A stretch of DNA of 64,000 bases from NCBI GenBank assembly GCA_963514005.1, contig OY740809.1:25854001-25918000 (forward strand). The letters are read 5' to 3'. The position numbers and the translations under genes were made by a program. Source of the stretch: Raja brachyura. Taxonomy: Eukaryota. The notes under the pieces are model-generated. The model worked only from the letters and a program-made list of their open reading frames with translations, was not told the origin of the DNA and made no database searches. This document shows, in pieces, positions 62,661-64,000 of the stretch. How positions within the stretch are numbered: position 1 is the first letter of the stretch; each line of letters starts with the position of its first letter.

Positions 62661-63220
62661 AGTTGCTCTTTCTACTCAAAGTATCATCACTGAGCTCTGT
62701 GGAGTTTACTATTTAGAACGCTGATTGGCGGCATTAGTATATCGTTTTTAGTTTTAACTTTAAACTTGTGCATGCAGATACTCACTGCATTGATTATACA
62801 GGAGTTTGAGGTCAGATGTGGAAAGATGTCAAGTTCACCCTGACCTGCACATGCCAACGCCAAAAACCGATTTGAAATTTGACTTTTAAGACAGCAACTT
62901 GGAGTTCAGAGAACGACAGGAAATATTTATCTTCTAACCACAATTCCCAAAGATAAGCTGGCCAACGGCATAACTAAAGGCAAGACTCCATCTAAATCCC
63001 TTGAGTTTTAATTATTACCAGACCAACTAAATAAAGATAAAAAGTAAGTTTAACATCTCAGAAAATATGTCGGGTTTCTTTTATAAACCTCTCCTTTTTT
63101 TAAACATATTTGACAGACTGGAGTAGTAAAAGAGCACAGCAATGTACATGCCTTCTGGGTAGGAACCAGGTAAGAGTCACATTGAATCAAAGTGAACAGA
63201 AGATCACAGGTTTAACTCCT

Positions 63221-63543
63221 GGTTTAGTTTAGTTTAGAGGTACAGCGTGGAAACAGGCCTTTCGGCCCTCCATGTCCGCAGCAACCAGCGATCCCCAGAC
63301 ATTAACACTATCCTAAACACACTAGGGACCATTGTTTTACAGTAATACCAAGCCAATTAACCTACAAACCTGTACGCCTTTGGAGTGAGGGAGGAAAACG
63401 AAGATCTCGGAGAAAACCCACGTGGTCACGGGGAGAGCGTACAAACTCCGTAGAGACAGTACCTGTAGTTGGTATCGAACCCCGGTATACAGTGCTGCAA
63501 GTACTGTGAGGCAGCAACTCTAACGCTGCACCACCATGGCCAC
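63221..63543 (-). mobile_element. HE1-like V-SINE
   Basis: Same consensus. Confidence 0.85.
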
Positions 63544-64000
63544 CATTGTTTATGGTATCAATTATGGCATCAATGCCCTTCTTTAAGAAAGGAAGTTAGA
63601 TAGTTACTGCATTGGAAGCAGTCAAGTGCCTGACCTGCAGCTGAAATGGGAATGTTTTCTTTAAGGAATGGTGGGATGGGCCAGGCTTGTATACACAGGG
63701 GTTTAGCAGAATGAGAGGTGACAATTGAAACATATAGAACCATTGTCCTCTTGTGGGAGAATCCAGAACTAGTGGGGGTGGTGTCACTAAAATAACTGGA
63801 GTTACACACTTAAGACCACAATAACGGCAAATTATTTATCTCAGAGGGTTGCAAGTCTTTGGAACACTTCCTCAACGGGAGCAGATGCCAATCTTTGAAT
63901 AAGACAGAAGTAGATATGTTCTTTGCAAGCTAGAGGGTTAATGGAATCATTGGAAAAGGGTAGGATCAAGTCCGTTCTAATTTTATTAAATGGCAGTCAG

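Overview
Eukaryotic, repeat-rich vertebrate genomic DNA. The HE1-type V-SINEs with (CTAAA)n tails and the CR1, Rex1/Babar and Penelope content point to a cartilaginous fish, probably a skate or ray (inference). There is one clear host gene, TRAPPC3 (minus strand, 5 coding exons, 180 aa, 14621-26673), with a ZNF143/NRF1-type housekeeping promoter. The main accessory feature is an apparently intact, young DIRS1-like tyrosine-recombinase retrotransposon (50736-55452, minus). It has gag-like, RT-RNaseH-methyltransferase and YR ORFs, perfectly matching ITRs/ICR and ATT termini. It also carries a compact set of possible expression signals: an in-phase U_UUU_UUA slippery site with a downstream hairpin joining ORF1 to ORF2, a stop-restart TAACCATGG, and a GT-AG intron that would supply the missing ATG to the recombinase. 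A second notable system is a family of ~100-200 bp Penelope-derived modules at roughly 25-30 loci (counted by eye). They carry a minimal hammerhead-ribozyme motif and occur as solo, fold-back and tandem insertions with 10-17 bp target-site duplications. The rest is SINEs, decayed LINEs (CR1, Rex1/Babar, L1, Tx1) and Harbinger-type MITEs. Repeat boundaries were read by eye and are approximate unless a TSD is quoted.
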